This document shows, piece by piece, positions 1-10,984 of a stretch of DNA of 64,000 bases; position 1 is the stretch's first letter; each line of letters begins with the position of its first letter. A program made the translations under genes and the position numbers. Below the pieces are notes generated by a model. That model was not told the origin of the DNA. It saw only the letters and a program-made list of their open reading frames with translations, and ran no database searches. Origin of the DNA: Auanema rhodensis (taxonomy: Eukaryota; Animalia; Nematoda); contig OZ059897.1 in NCBI GenBank assembly GCA_964057225.1, positions 12,152,001-12,216,000 of the forward strand, written 5' to 3'.

Positions 1-1189
1 TCAAATGTTGGCAGAAAAATCAATATTTGTATTGGAATAAGTTCATATAAGGTAAACCTTTTGAGAGATTGCTAAAGGCAAAGAGAGAAATATAATTCAC
101 TAGATGAGAGATAAGAGAAAAGAAATGTGAGAGAAAGATAGATAAAGCAAGAGGGAAAGACAGAGAAATAGAAATGGTGAGCAAAACGGTGAGAAAAGCT
201 ACTTATAATGGGAGAAACAATCTTCAGAGATCTACTTATGTCAGCCTATGATGAATTCGAAATAGAATGAAATGCGTGTTACGTCATAATAGTGGTTTTG
301 AAAAATTTGTTCTCACAATGCTGAAAACAGTCGCTACGGATGTTTGATGGTTGAACAACTTTGTACTATCGCAGCCACATCACCGACAAATCATTGTAAA
401 AGGTTAGATTTTTGGCTTACAAAACCTATTGCACAAGCGATTTTGTATAAAATTTCTTTTAGTCTGCACTATTGAACTTATTGCGAAAGATGAATCAGTT
501 GCAAAATTGCTTTGCTAAGTAAAGTAGGGATGATGAAGCCATATGGGATAAACAAAATGAAAACTCAGCATACATTAGCATTTTAATTGCTTACTATAAC
601 TAAATTTTCAGCATAAGCATCTATATTTATATATTCTTTTATTTTATTTTTAAAAATAATAACAAAATCTAAAACAAGTCATGCTGGTCTTTGTGTAAAT
701 TTCAGAGTAAGTAATGAATGTAAACAGTAGTCTTGCATTCCTAAAAAAGAGAAAGAAAAGTCGAAAGTACATAAACATTAGGCTTGTTTGGAAAAAATAA
801 GAACAATTTATTGAATGCCAAGCTTTTTGACTATGTAGAAATAATTGAAAACTTGAAACAACATTTCAGATATTTTAAATACAAACAGTGTTGCTTGTTT
901 CAAAGCCTGACTATGCTAACGATATGTATAATATATATACAGATTGATGTATGTATATACATATATACAAAATATATATCTCTCACATAATCTTTTCATT
1001 TTTCATGAAAAATATGCAAAGGCATATCCTGTTGAAGAACAAGGCCGACGACTGTGAGATGACATATACATATATTACAAAATCTGTCAAAGATTTTAAA
1101 ATTATTTTAATTCATAAAACACGAAAGATCATTCAGAATTAGAATACAGTACTTCCAGTTTTCTTTTTAATTTCTAATTTGGACTGTTA

Positions 1190-1600
1190 ACGACTGGGTT
1201 CAGGTGCGATGACAATTGGACAGGGGGCTTTCAAAGAGTTCAGAAAATCTCAAAATTCTATCAATGTTTCAAGTTCTTATAGCATCAATTCGAAACAAAT
1301 GCCGGTTAATGTAATGAAAGCTAAATTTTCAACTAAATATAATGCTTTTTCATTATTTTGAATAATTATTTTTAGAAGGTTCTTCTTGAGCATAGCCTGA
1401 ACGTTGAAATGTCAAGTAGTCATTCTCCATATCTCAATTATGCCATTGAATACCTATGAAGAAAACGCAGTTGACGTGTAACCAAATGCTCCTGTTCAAA
1501 AAAACAGAGAAATTTGAAGAAATATTGCTTGAAGTTTTGAAGAATCTCGTGAAATTCATACCCCAATTCTTGCAGTTTATTAATGACTTCAACATATTTT
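1190..1600 (+). mobile_element. Decayed RTE-clade non-LTR retrotransposon fragment (start of RT domain)
   Basis: Interrupted frames give SGAMTIGQGAFKE, then KQMPVNVMKAK, then EEILLEVFEESREIHTPILAVY. This order resembles RT motifs 0-3 of RTE elements (APG.D.I / IP..WK / E..REY..PL...F.D). Stops and frameshifts are present. Confidence 0.35.
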
Positions 1601-2176
1601 TAAACATAATAAATTAATTTTTATTATGCTGGTATTATAAGTTTTTTTTTGTAAACAGGTGTTAAGGTATATCGTATAAGAAAAACATAATTTGATGTTT
1701 ACTGTTATTTTCAAATCTAACCATTTTCATATTAAGATTATTAAAGAATATTTAATATTAGAACTAACCTATGTACTATTCATTATACTTTCTTATTAAA
1801 AAATATTAAATATTTGAAAGAATATTTTAACTTTTTAAAAGTTATAACTATTATATAATATATAAACAAATACAATAATATTGAATATTCATTAAGCTTA
1901 CCTGGAAATATGAATTTCGAAGGAATTTTCTTGAATATAGTAACAAAATATTCAGTAAAGCGTAAATACATGCACATATTATACTATGTGTTAATTAGTT
2001 TTCAAAATCATATCTTACATTATCGCAGACCCCTGCTCTCTCGGATATTTAAATGTTCTAAACTTTAATTGTTTTAAAATGTATTTATTTAATTTATATT
2101 GACTAAATAATATTTACTATTCTATCTTTTGTTTTTCTAATTAATCTACTTATTTCAAGTTTATTAATCATTGAAA

Positions 2177-3310
2177 ATGATTCACGTAATAGTATTATAC
2201 TTTATTGCACCAATTTCCCTTGCATGTATATTTTTAACCCTTTTTTGTATTTTATTTCATTCGCCAATTCAAATTGGTAAAGAATATAGAAATATATTAT
2301 GTTTACAATGTTTTCTGTAAGTTTTATTTAATTTAAAATATTGTAAACATGTATGTTAAGAGCTTCATTTGTTTCTTTCATGATATCATGTATTGTGACT
2401 CCTGTATCACTGGCACCTTGTTTTGGAGGATACTTTGTGGGATTTCTAAGCGTTTTCCATGTACATACCGCACCCGCATATATGCTCCTCTTTACTATAT
2501 GTTATCGTAAGATTCAGAAACAAAAAGAAGAAAATTAAATTTTTCTTCATAATTTCAGATTATGGAGGAGTTACAATCATGACATTCTATCTCCGATATC
2601 GAGCATTACGTGTAAAATCAAAAGATAAAATAAAATATTTTTTATATTTTATATCATTTTTTGTATATTATCTACCACCATGGATACAATTAGCTACTCT
2701 CAAAGTTGATAATGTTGATTTTTTGAAAGAAACATGTTTAAAGGTTTCCACTTTTCCTCAGACTATAAGAGATATTGTTAAAATTTTAGATTTATCCAGG
2801 AAATATTGAAGATGTATTAAGAGAAGAAGCTTTATTCATATCTTCCGAAAACGCTGAAAAATATTTAGTTTTTTGTGTTTTGTATTGTGTATTTAGTATT
2901 TATATATTTTTTATAATATTATCTATACTAATCTACCGTATGTGGGTAAATTTTAAAGATCTCAAGAGAAATATGTCTAAACAAACTTTAAATATGCATA
3001 AATTATTTTTAAAAGTTAATTTCATGCAGGTTGTTTTTATAATTTCATTAATGATCTATTTGAAATATTGAAATTAAGACCGGTACATTGATTATACTTG
3101 GTGTAGTGGGCTTGAGTGGCTGGATAATTGCATTTACAAACATGAACGACGCTAGTAATATGACTGATTATTATTTTATAATTTATATTTTAATGTTTAG
3201 CAAGTGTTCATTTGGCAGTAGTACTTGTGGATTTTTTCTTTTTATATGGACCTATGTATACAATATATACAATACCTTCTTATAGAAGAGCATTTCTTAG
3301 TATCTTATAA
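2177..3310 (+). CDS. Serpentine 7TM chemoreceptor, Srh/Sri-like (Str superfamily), 6 coding exons
   Basis: Spliced protein MIHVIVLYFIAPISLACIFLTLFCILFHSP...TPVSLAPCFGGYFVG...MSKQTLNMHKLFLKVNFMQ...IPSYRRAFLSIL*. It has seven hydrophobic segments and the HSP, P..GGY..G, MS.KT..M..Q and PSYR motifs typical of Srh. Short GT-AG introns preserve the frame. Confidence 0.8.
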
Positions 3311-4200
3311 TAAAAAAAACAGTCTATAAATAGGTTAATAATATATAATAAAAGAATTTTTGTATTTATTATTTACAAAAACATATAATATTATTCTTTT
3401 TAGGAAAATTAATGCTGTTGAAACTATGAATGCAACTTGTATGGTTCGATAAATACAAACAAATACATATACATCTGCATAATACTTCCATTTTCAATCT
3501 TAATATCGAAATCAGGGAACTATCGAAAGTTCCTGATTAATAATTGCAACTGAAAAAACAGTTTATTAATTTATTTATAAAAGAAAACTTTTCAAAGTCT
3601 ACATCATCTATATTTTCGTCACTTTTATGGATTTCTAGTTGTCATATTCTTCAAAATTTGAAAAAATGGAGTTTTTGATAATTTTTTGGTAGCAATCGGA
3701 GTCCGATAAACATTTCTGAAAAAAGTAATTGTTTTTTTGAGGTTAAGGGATAAATAAATTATAGTTAATCGTAATTTATTTATTATCAATAATCGAGTCA
3801 AAATATCAGAAATCGGGCCCAAGTATAGTATGAAATCAACTACACCTAAGTTTTCAATAATATTTCATTTAATTTTTTAATATTATTTCATTAATATTTT
3901 TTCAATAATATTTCAAATTATGTGTAGATATTAGTTAATTATTTCATATAACTAATATTATTTAAAAGTTTTATTGAACTAATTAATAAAAAAATCACAT
4001 AAATAATATTATATTACACTAAAATAAACATATATGCAAGATTATTTAACTTTGATTTCAAAAAACATAATTTTATATTTTTATTTAAATTTTATTTTAT
4101 TTTATTACATCATAACTGAATTACGGGAAAAATCAATTTAATTTAATATAAATTAATACTTTAAATAACTTTATTTGTACTATATCAATGGGTAAACTTC

Positions 4201-4290
4201 AGTCATCTAAAAGTCGATGCGATTTAAGATGCTATTCGTCTAGTGCTTCCTAAAGAACTACCGTCGAAATCTGAACTTCGGGTGGGTCCT
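4201..4290 (+). pseudogene. Possible histone H2B-like fragment
   Basis: The frame from 4201 reads SHLKVDAI*DAIRLVLPKEL, similar to the H2B C-terminal TSREIQTAVRLILPGEL, with TAA where CAA (Gln) would be. The match is short. Confidence 0.25.
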
Positions 4291-4680
4291 CCCGTTTATT
4301 TTCAGATCAACTTTTCGCATCTTCATGATTTCAAGAATATTTTCAACTTACTAATATATAAATATGTGTAGAAGAACTAAAATTTGATTTCACAGAGATT
4401 TTCATAATTAGGAAAAAATTTCTGATGTAATCATTTCACTACAAAGTATGTACATTCGTCATGTGATTAAAATGATTATAATTTTATTTCTTGTGTTATG
4501 ATCTAATAAAATAAAAATATATAAAGATAGAGATAATATAATATCAAGAGATTTCAGATCTAAATATCATCACGTATATTGGAAAACGTGGCTCTTTTGA
4601 TTAGGGACGAGATGTGAAGCTTATACAGAGTGTAAATATATGAAAATCTTTTAAAATAACATTTAATTACCTGATTATAG

Positions 4681-4758
4681 TTATCACTTAAATCATTACT
4701 TGTTCCTTAATATATTCGTTATCATTGCTCAAGAATGGACCATCTGATGTAATGATAA
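4681..4758. promoter_or_regulatory. Cluster of three GATA (TGATAA) sites upstream of the carboxypeptidase
   Basis: TTATCA at 4681 and 4719 and TGATAA at 4753, 140-210 nt before the ATG. TGATAA is the ELT-2-type intestinal element. The motif is common by chance in AT-rich DNA. Confidence 0.4.
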
Positions 4759-4893
4759 CTATAGCTCATTCTAGGTTCATTCTAGCCTTTAATTATGCTT
4801 TAGTTTATAATTTTCTTTCTACTTTTTTTACATTTTTTTTCTAAAATTGTTATGCAAAATTATAAAAAAAATAAAAATAACGTACTTAAGGTA

Positions 4894-6872
4894 ATGAAGG
4901 GTATACTTGCTCTCAGCTCTTTGTTGCTGGTCCAACTGGTTGGAGCTGGTCCAGCTTCAGATCGGGTGACAAGCCTGCCATATTTTAATGGAACAGTTCC
5001 TTTCAATCATTATTCGGGATACTTGCAAGCTTCTCCTTCAAAGTACTTCCACTATTGGTTAACTGAATCTCAAACTAACCTTCCATCCAAAGATCCACTG
5101 GTTTTGTGGTTAAATGGTGGTCCAGGATGTTCCTCTGTTGGAGGTGATTGAAATTTATACATCAACTACAATAACATCAATATCTAGGTTTAATCGAAGA
5201 ATTAGGACCTTTCCATATTGCTGAGTTAGGAAAGAAAGTCTACTTGAATCCTTACTCTTGGAATAAGGTAGTATTCTTCCAATAAAAATCTATTAAATAG
5301 TTAAAATTTCTTTATAGTTTGCAAATGTATTGTTTATTGAATCGCCAGCTGGAGTAGGTTACTCTTACGAAACAACCTTTGAGCTTAGAACTGATGATGA
5401 TGAAGTTGCTACCAATAACTATAACGCTTTGGTATGTTATCGAATAGTAAATCGTAATTTCATATATGTTCGTATTCCAGCTTGAGTTTCTCAAAAAATT
5501 CCCCGAATATCGTGAACGTGAGTTCTACATTACTGGTGAATCTTATGGAGGTGTTTATCTTCCAACATTAGGATACAAAATTATTCAAGATAAGAAGAAC
5601 TTTCCAAACTTTAGAGTAAGAAATAAACAAATAGATGTATACATATCAATCTGAATATAGGGTATGGCTATTGGTAATGGAGTTCTTAATGTTCATAACA
5701 ATTACAATACTATGATTCCTCTTTATTATTATCACGGAATTATTCGAGACGAGTAAGATATATCAGTGATTTTTAAGAAAAAAACAGTTTGACTTATTAA
5801 GACTTTACAACAAATTAAAATATCAATGCTGTAATGGAGTAATCGAAGGATGTAACTTCTATGATCTTTTCCATCATTCTGAATGCAGACCTATGGTTTT
5901 GGAGGTATTGATATTGAAGAGAAATTCCTTAAATTTTATAATTTTTAAGGCTCTTGATGCAACAAATGATCTTGATCCTTATAACCTTTATAACACATGC
6001 TATTTGGGCGGTGATCCAACTTTTAAGAAGAACTTCATGCACAAAAGTTTACGTAAAATGGCTGGTATTCCAGACAGTATTCAAAAGCCAAAGCAAGAAG
6101 ATACATCTGTGAGTTGTTTCTTTTAAACTTATTCATAAAATCTGTTAATATTTAGATTCCACTCTGTGCTCAATCTCAGAACACTGCCACTTACATGAAT
6201 TGGCCAGAAGTACGTAAAGCTCTTCATATTCCCTCTTCCATTGGTAGATGGACTGATTGCAAGTAAGATTCAGAAAGATAATTCTATTTTTTATCTTTTA
6301 TTATCAAAATTTAAATTATTTTCTTTATTTTAATGTTTTTAGTGACAAATTTTATGCTCTTTATAAAACAACTCATTTGGATATGACACCTGAAGTTGAA
6401 GCTATTAGTGCTGCAGGTGTTAATGTAAGAAATCAAATTTCCGAACAAATCAATGATCATATTCTTAATAGATTCTTTTCTATAACGGAGATGTTGATAC
6501 AGTATGTAATCATGTTATGAATGCTGAATTCATTTCATCATTAAACAGAACTATTATTGTAAGTTTTTTAAAAATTTGTTCTTTTAAACTTTAAATTCCA
6601 TTTGTAGGGAAAAGAACGTGTTAACGAACCATGGAGATACAATGGAGAAACTCCAAGTGTCGCTGGTATGCAAATCAGATATGAAGGAAGTCAGATATAC
6701 AAAAATTGAAAATATTTATTTTTATTTTTATGAAATTTCAGATTTGGATTTCTTAACTGTTCGTGGAAGTGGACACTTTGTACCTCATGATAGACCAAGA
6801 GAAGCTCTTCAAATGATTTATAACTTTATTAAACGTAGAGATTATTCTGATGAACTTCCAACTGTATTTTAA
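4894..6872 (+). CDS. Serine carboxypeptidase, family S10 (cathepsin A / lysosomal protective protein-like), 12 exons
   Basis: Signal peptide [18 protein letters not shown]; motifs [19 protein letters not shown] and [10 protein letters not shown]; catalytic motifs GESYGG (Ser), [10 protein letters not shown] (Asp) and GSGHFVP (His). All 11 introns splice in frame. TAA at 6870-6872 is followed by AATAAA. Confidence 0.95.
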
Positions 6873-7136
6873 TTTAAAAAAATAAATCAATAATAATATA
6901 ATTATAAAAATTAATTTTATTTGTTTTATTATAATTGATTAGTATAGATAGTTATTATTAGTTTTTCTTTATATTAATTAATTTATAAAAATAAACTAAA
7001 AATTTAATGACTTGATATATTATCATTTCATTAACCATTATACAATATACAATGAAAAAACTAGAAGAAAAACATACTGAATTTGCTTTTTGAAGATAAA
7101 ACAATCAAAAGCAAACCTAACTGGATATGAATGAAT

Positions 7137-7169
7137 ACTGATAGTTGATAAGAATATAAAGTATAAAAG
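7137..7169 (+). promoter_or_regulatory. GATA sites plus TATA box for saposin gene 1
   Basis: ACTGATAG at 7137, TGATAA at 7146-7151, and the nematode-type TATA GTATAAAAG at 7161-7169, about 60 nt before the ATG at 7229. Confidence 0.55.
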
Positions 7170-7228
7170 AAATTTTAAGTAAAAAAAGAATTGAGTTTTT
7201 TTGAGTTAAAATACATACAAATTTCAAT

Positions 7229-8083
7229 ATGTGGAGAAAAATATCAATTCTTCTTCTTTTTGTATATATAACTACTATAAGTTGTGATCCATTACCAAAA
7301 GATAATGATATTATTGTTACACCTGTTGATCCAGATATGGTATACATTTAAATTTATTTTAATATTAATTATTATCAATTTAGGAAAAATTTAAATTCCC
7401 TAAAGCTCTTTGTGTTCCTTGTAAAGTTATTGTTAAACTAGCTAGCTTAGGTACTACTAATCCAATTGGAAAAGGAGTTCGTTTTATTCTTTTACAATAA
7501 TTTCTCGTTTTTTACTTTTTAGGTATCGATGGGATTATGCTCATTCGCTTTACCTGGTTACGGTAAGCATGGTTGTGGACCTCTCATTGAGGTATGTTTA
7601 TGAGATAAGCTTTTATAAAATTAAAAAGAAAACAAATAATTTATTTTGAAGGTTGGATCATTCTTCTTAAAACGTGTTAAGCCCTCGGCAGTTTGTCAGA
7701 AGATTAAACTTTGCAAGAGTAAAGCTGAAACTGAAGAGAGTATGATGAAACTTCATCCAGTACTTTCTGAAACTCTTAATGTATTACTATCATATATTAT
7801 TTTTGGATATCATATCTTTTCAATTGTAGATTCTTGGTGAGAGCTCTCGTAACCTCGGTTCTTCTGCAAATAACACTGAAGTTCATAATTTCTTTAACGA
7901 ATTCGTTAGAGATTTAAATCTTGAATTCAGTAAGTTTAACCATATAAACTTAAACTTAATTTTATAATTTAAGACAAAGAATTCACTCACGATCAAGTTA
8001 TGGATTTCATAGATGACCTATCAGGAAGATTTATGGATGCAGCCAAGCATTTAATTGATAATAAGGACAAACTTGTAGATTAA
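7229..8083 (+). CDS. Secreted saposin-like protein 1: cationic saposin-B domain plus acidic C-terminal extension, 6 exons
   Basis: Signal MWRKISILLLFVYITTISC; six-Cys pattern LCVPCK...GLCS...HGCG...VCQKIKLC; then an extension of about 90 aa ending DNKDKLVD*. Five introns splice in frame. Confidence 0.85.
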
Positions 8084-8330
8084 ACATTTTCTTTACATAA
8101 CCTATGCACTTTCACATATATATTTTCAACTTTTTTTGTGATTATTAACACTATTACTATGTTTTTTATTTATTTTATAAGCATTAATATTATTATTTAA
8201 TAACTTTTAAATTTTATTTTTTTTAGAATGACAATTTATAATTTTTTAACTGATAACATATTAAATAAACAAATTGTGATGACTACTTAAAGCTATTGTC
8301 ATATTATTATTTTGTACTATTTGGTTGAAA

Positions 8331-9183
8331 ATGTGGAAAAAAAGTTTAATTTTTTCTATTATTCTAGCTGTCGTACTTGGACATGAACATCAAGGTATTA
8401 CTATCAACTTTGAACTTTTCATGATATAACTCGTTACAATTACAAATCTAAATTTGAATTATACATTTCTTATAGATGATCCAGAGTATAGATGCAAAAA
8501 ATGTATTGATCTTCTCACTATTATTAGTAATTCAAAGGTTATTTTCTTATAAACATATTAATAAATATCTTATTTATTATTTTAAGGCAGCTGATTTGAT
8601 TTTCTGTAATGTAGAATTTACTGCTGCAGATTGTAAAAAATCTAGAAGACTTATTGAACATTATAGTGATATTCTTGGACCAGAAACTACTTGTTCAATG
8701 GCTCATGCTTGTCCACCTACGCAGATTTCCCGGCGTCTTGAAATATCAATGAAAACTGGTCGATTTTTTGATATTCTTTTTGGAAAACCAAGTGCAGCAT
8801 TCGATATGCTAACTGGTAATCTATTATATTCTTGAAAAACTAATAGTTATTGTTCTGTGCTCTCAGAAACCACTAATGTATTAGGTGGAGCAGCCAGTGG
8901 AACTGTTGAATTAGCCAATGGAGTTGTTCAAACAGCAGCAGGAGTTTTATCTGATACAATGAATAAAGTACCGCTTGCTGGAGGCTTACTCTCTGGTGTA
9001 ATCAAAGGAACAGCAAGTATTTCCAGATAATTCATAGTTTTATTTTTATTTTTTAATACTTAAGATACTGTTAATGGCGTAGCAGGAGGTATTAGTTCTA
9101 TCCTTCAGGGCGCAACTAAGGGAGTAGGAGATTTCTTTTCTGGATTAGGATCTACAAGCAGCAGTTTCTTTGGAAAACGATAA
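8331..9183 (+). CDS. Secreted saposin-like protein 2: compact saposin domain plus Gly-rich 11-mer-repeat tail ending in GKR, 5 exons
   Basis: Signal MWKKSLIFSIILAVVLG; Cys pattern RCKKCI...FCN...DCK...TCSMAHAC; tail ...ETTNVLGGAASGTVELANGVVQ...GVGDFFSGLGSTSSSFFGKR*. Four introns splice in frame. AATAAA follows the stop. Confidence 0.8.
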
Positions 9184-9617
9184 CTTGAAGAAGAAAAACA
9201 AATAAATATTTGAAATAAAATATTTAATTTTCAAGATTAAGACGCACAACCGCTTCAATTGTCTAAGATATATGAAATGACATCTTCGATAATATTCTGA
9301 AGTGAGTAAGTACGTCGTTTCAAGTAAAGTTTGTTAAAGTTTTTAATCTAAGTTTAAAATAATATTTTTTTAACTCATACTCATGTATGTGTATGTATGT
9401 TTGTATGTACATACATATATATATATATATATATATGTATATAATAATATTTACAAGCCTATCTATCTATAACTAAATATCAATTTGTAATCATTATTTA
9501 AAAAAACCATTTTATAATCATTACAAATGTAAATATTTATTAAGAAGATTGTTTAATAGCTGCTATTATATAGATAGACAAGTTGATATTAATTCATTTT
9601 TATAAAACATTTTCTGA

Positions 9618-10144
9618 ATGACTTCTTCGCTATTTACAACCTTCATTATATTTTCTTTATTTATTACTTATACTGAAAGTAGATACCGTAAATATGCTGC
9701 TACTGATAGTGAGCAGGTAATATTATAATTTATAATTTATATAATTTATTTTTCTTTTAGACTTTCAAAAGAAATCAGTTTTGCGATTCATGTGAACGTA
9801 TTGTTGGGGAAGTTTTCAATCAAATTCCAAAGCTAGCTAACTTCACAATTCTTCAAATGAGAAATGGCGTAGAAGTAAGTTAACAGATAAAAACTTTGTT
9901 TTTTTTTCAAATAATTGTTCTAGAAATTTTGTGATACCCGATTAAACAAGTTTGAACCTGTTCGAGACCTTTGTCACAGAATTAACGGTGATGTATGTTA
10001 CAATTCTGGGAATAGTTTAACTAATAGCTATTACAATTTCAGATGATAGAGCCATTTTATAACTATATTGTTACAAAAGTTGATCAAGATGCTCCGAAAA
10101 AATGGTGTAACTTCGTAAAACTTTGTAAACCATCTGAAACTTAA
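9618..10144 (+). CDS. Secreted saposin-like protein 3 (caenopore/SPP-type), 4 exons
   Basis: Signal MTSSLFTTFIIFSLFITYTES, a short pro-piece ending TFKR, then FCDSCE...KFCD...DLCH...PKKWCNFVKLC, a canonical saposin-B cysteine spacing. Confidence 0.9.
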
Positions 10145-10984
10145 ATATATACTTTGTGTATTTATAAAAATAACATTGACCTTTTTGTAAATTGTTTAGA
10201 AAGATTCTTCTTTGAAATTATCAGTTTTAATTTTCATTTGAAACGTTTGCCATCAAATACCATTACAGATGGCAATCCGGCAAACACCACAAGAAACCTG
10301 TTCTCTTTTACTATCAGTTAACGGAAACTTTCCTTTTTCATTTAATTTCACATCTGTGAATGTATTTATTTCTGAATTAGATTTCAATTTTGGTTCACTA
10401 TCTTCGAAAATCAAACAACTGTTTGATACAACCTGTTGTTTCTTTTCCCTTTTCTGCAAATGTAAATGAAAAAAGACAAAAATCTCGAATGAATGACTTT
10501 ATTGTACGAAGTGCAGTTGTTATGGTAAAACATATCCAATTTACAAAGAATATCAGGCACAGCTTTGAAATTCAGATATTGGATGATGACCAGATACAAC
10601 AACAAGACCAAGAGAAACATCTAAATAGATGCTTTAGAATAATACAAGAAGGGAAAACATCAAGTTGATGGGGTCGGAACAATCCGTGGAATGTTTAGGC
10701 AGTTGGTGTGGGAAGTTATCACATTGGGACATCTAATCGGTGGAACTACAGGTAAAGGTAGGGAGGAAGGTATGAAGTAATACAATCTCAACAGAAAATC
10801 CGAGACTGTATTTGGGGGGAAGGGGGCTTTTAATACAATTTTTGGTCAAATCGCTGAGTTACTGCAATGTAAGGTAGATATGAGTAGGTGGAGTAGAAAA
10901 GCATGTAGAATACTATGGCTATGTCGACACGTAAGCCAACTAAGTCGATTAGTGATCGTCTGTGGCTTAGACGATATGACCTTC

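Noticed and set aside
1204-1458. Apparent two-exon gene end (AMTIGQG.../KVLLEHS...)
   Set aside because: There is no upstream exon in matching phase, and the region is better explained as a decayed RT fragment.
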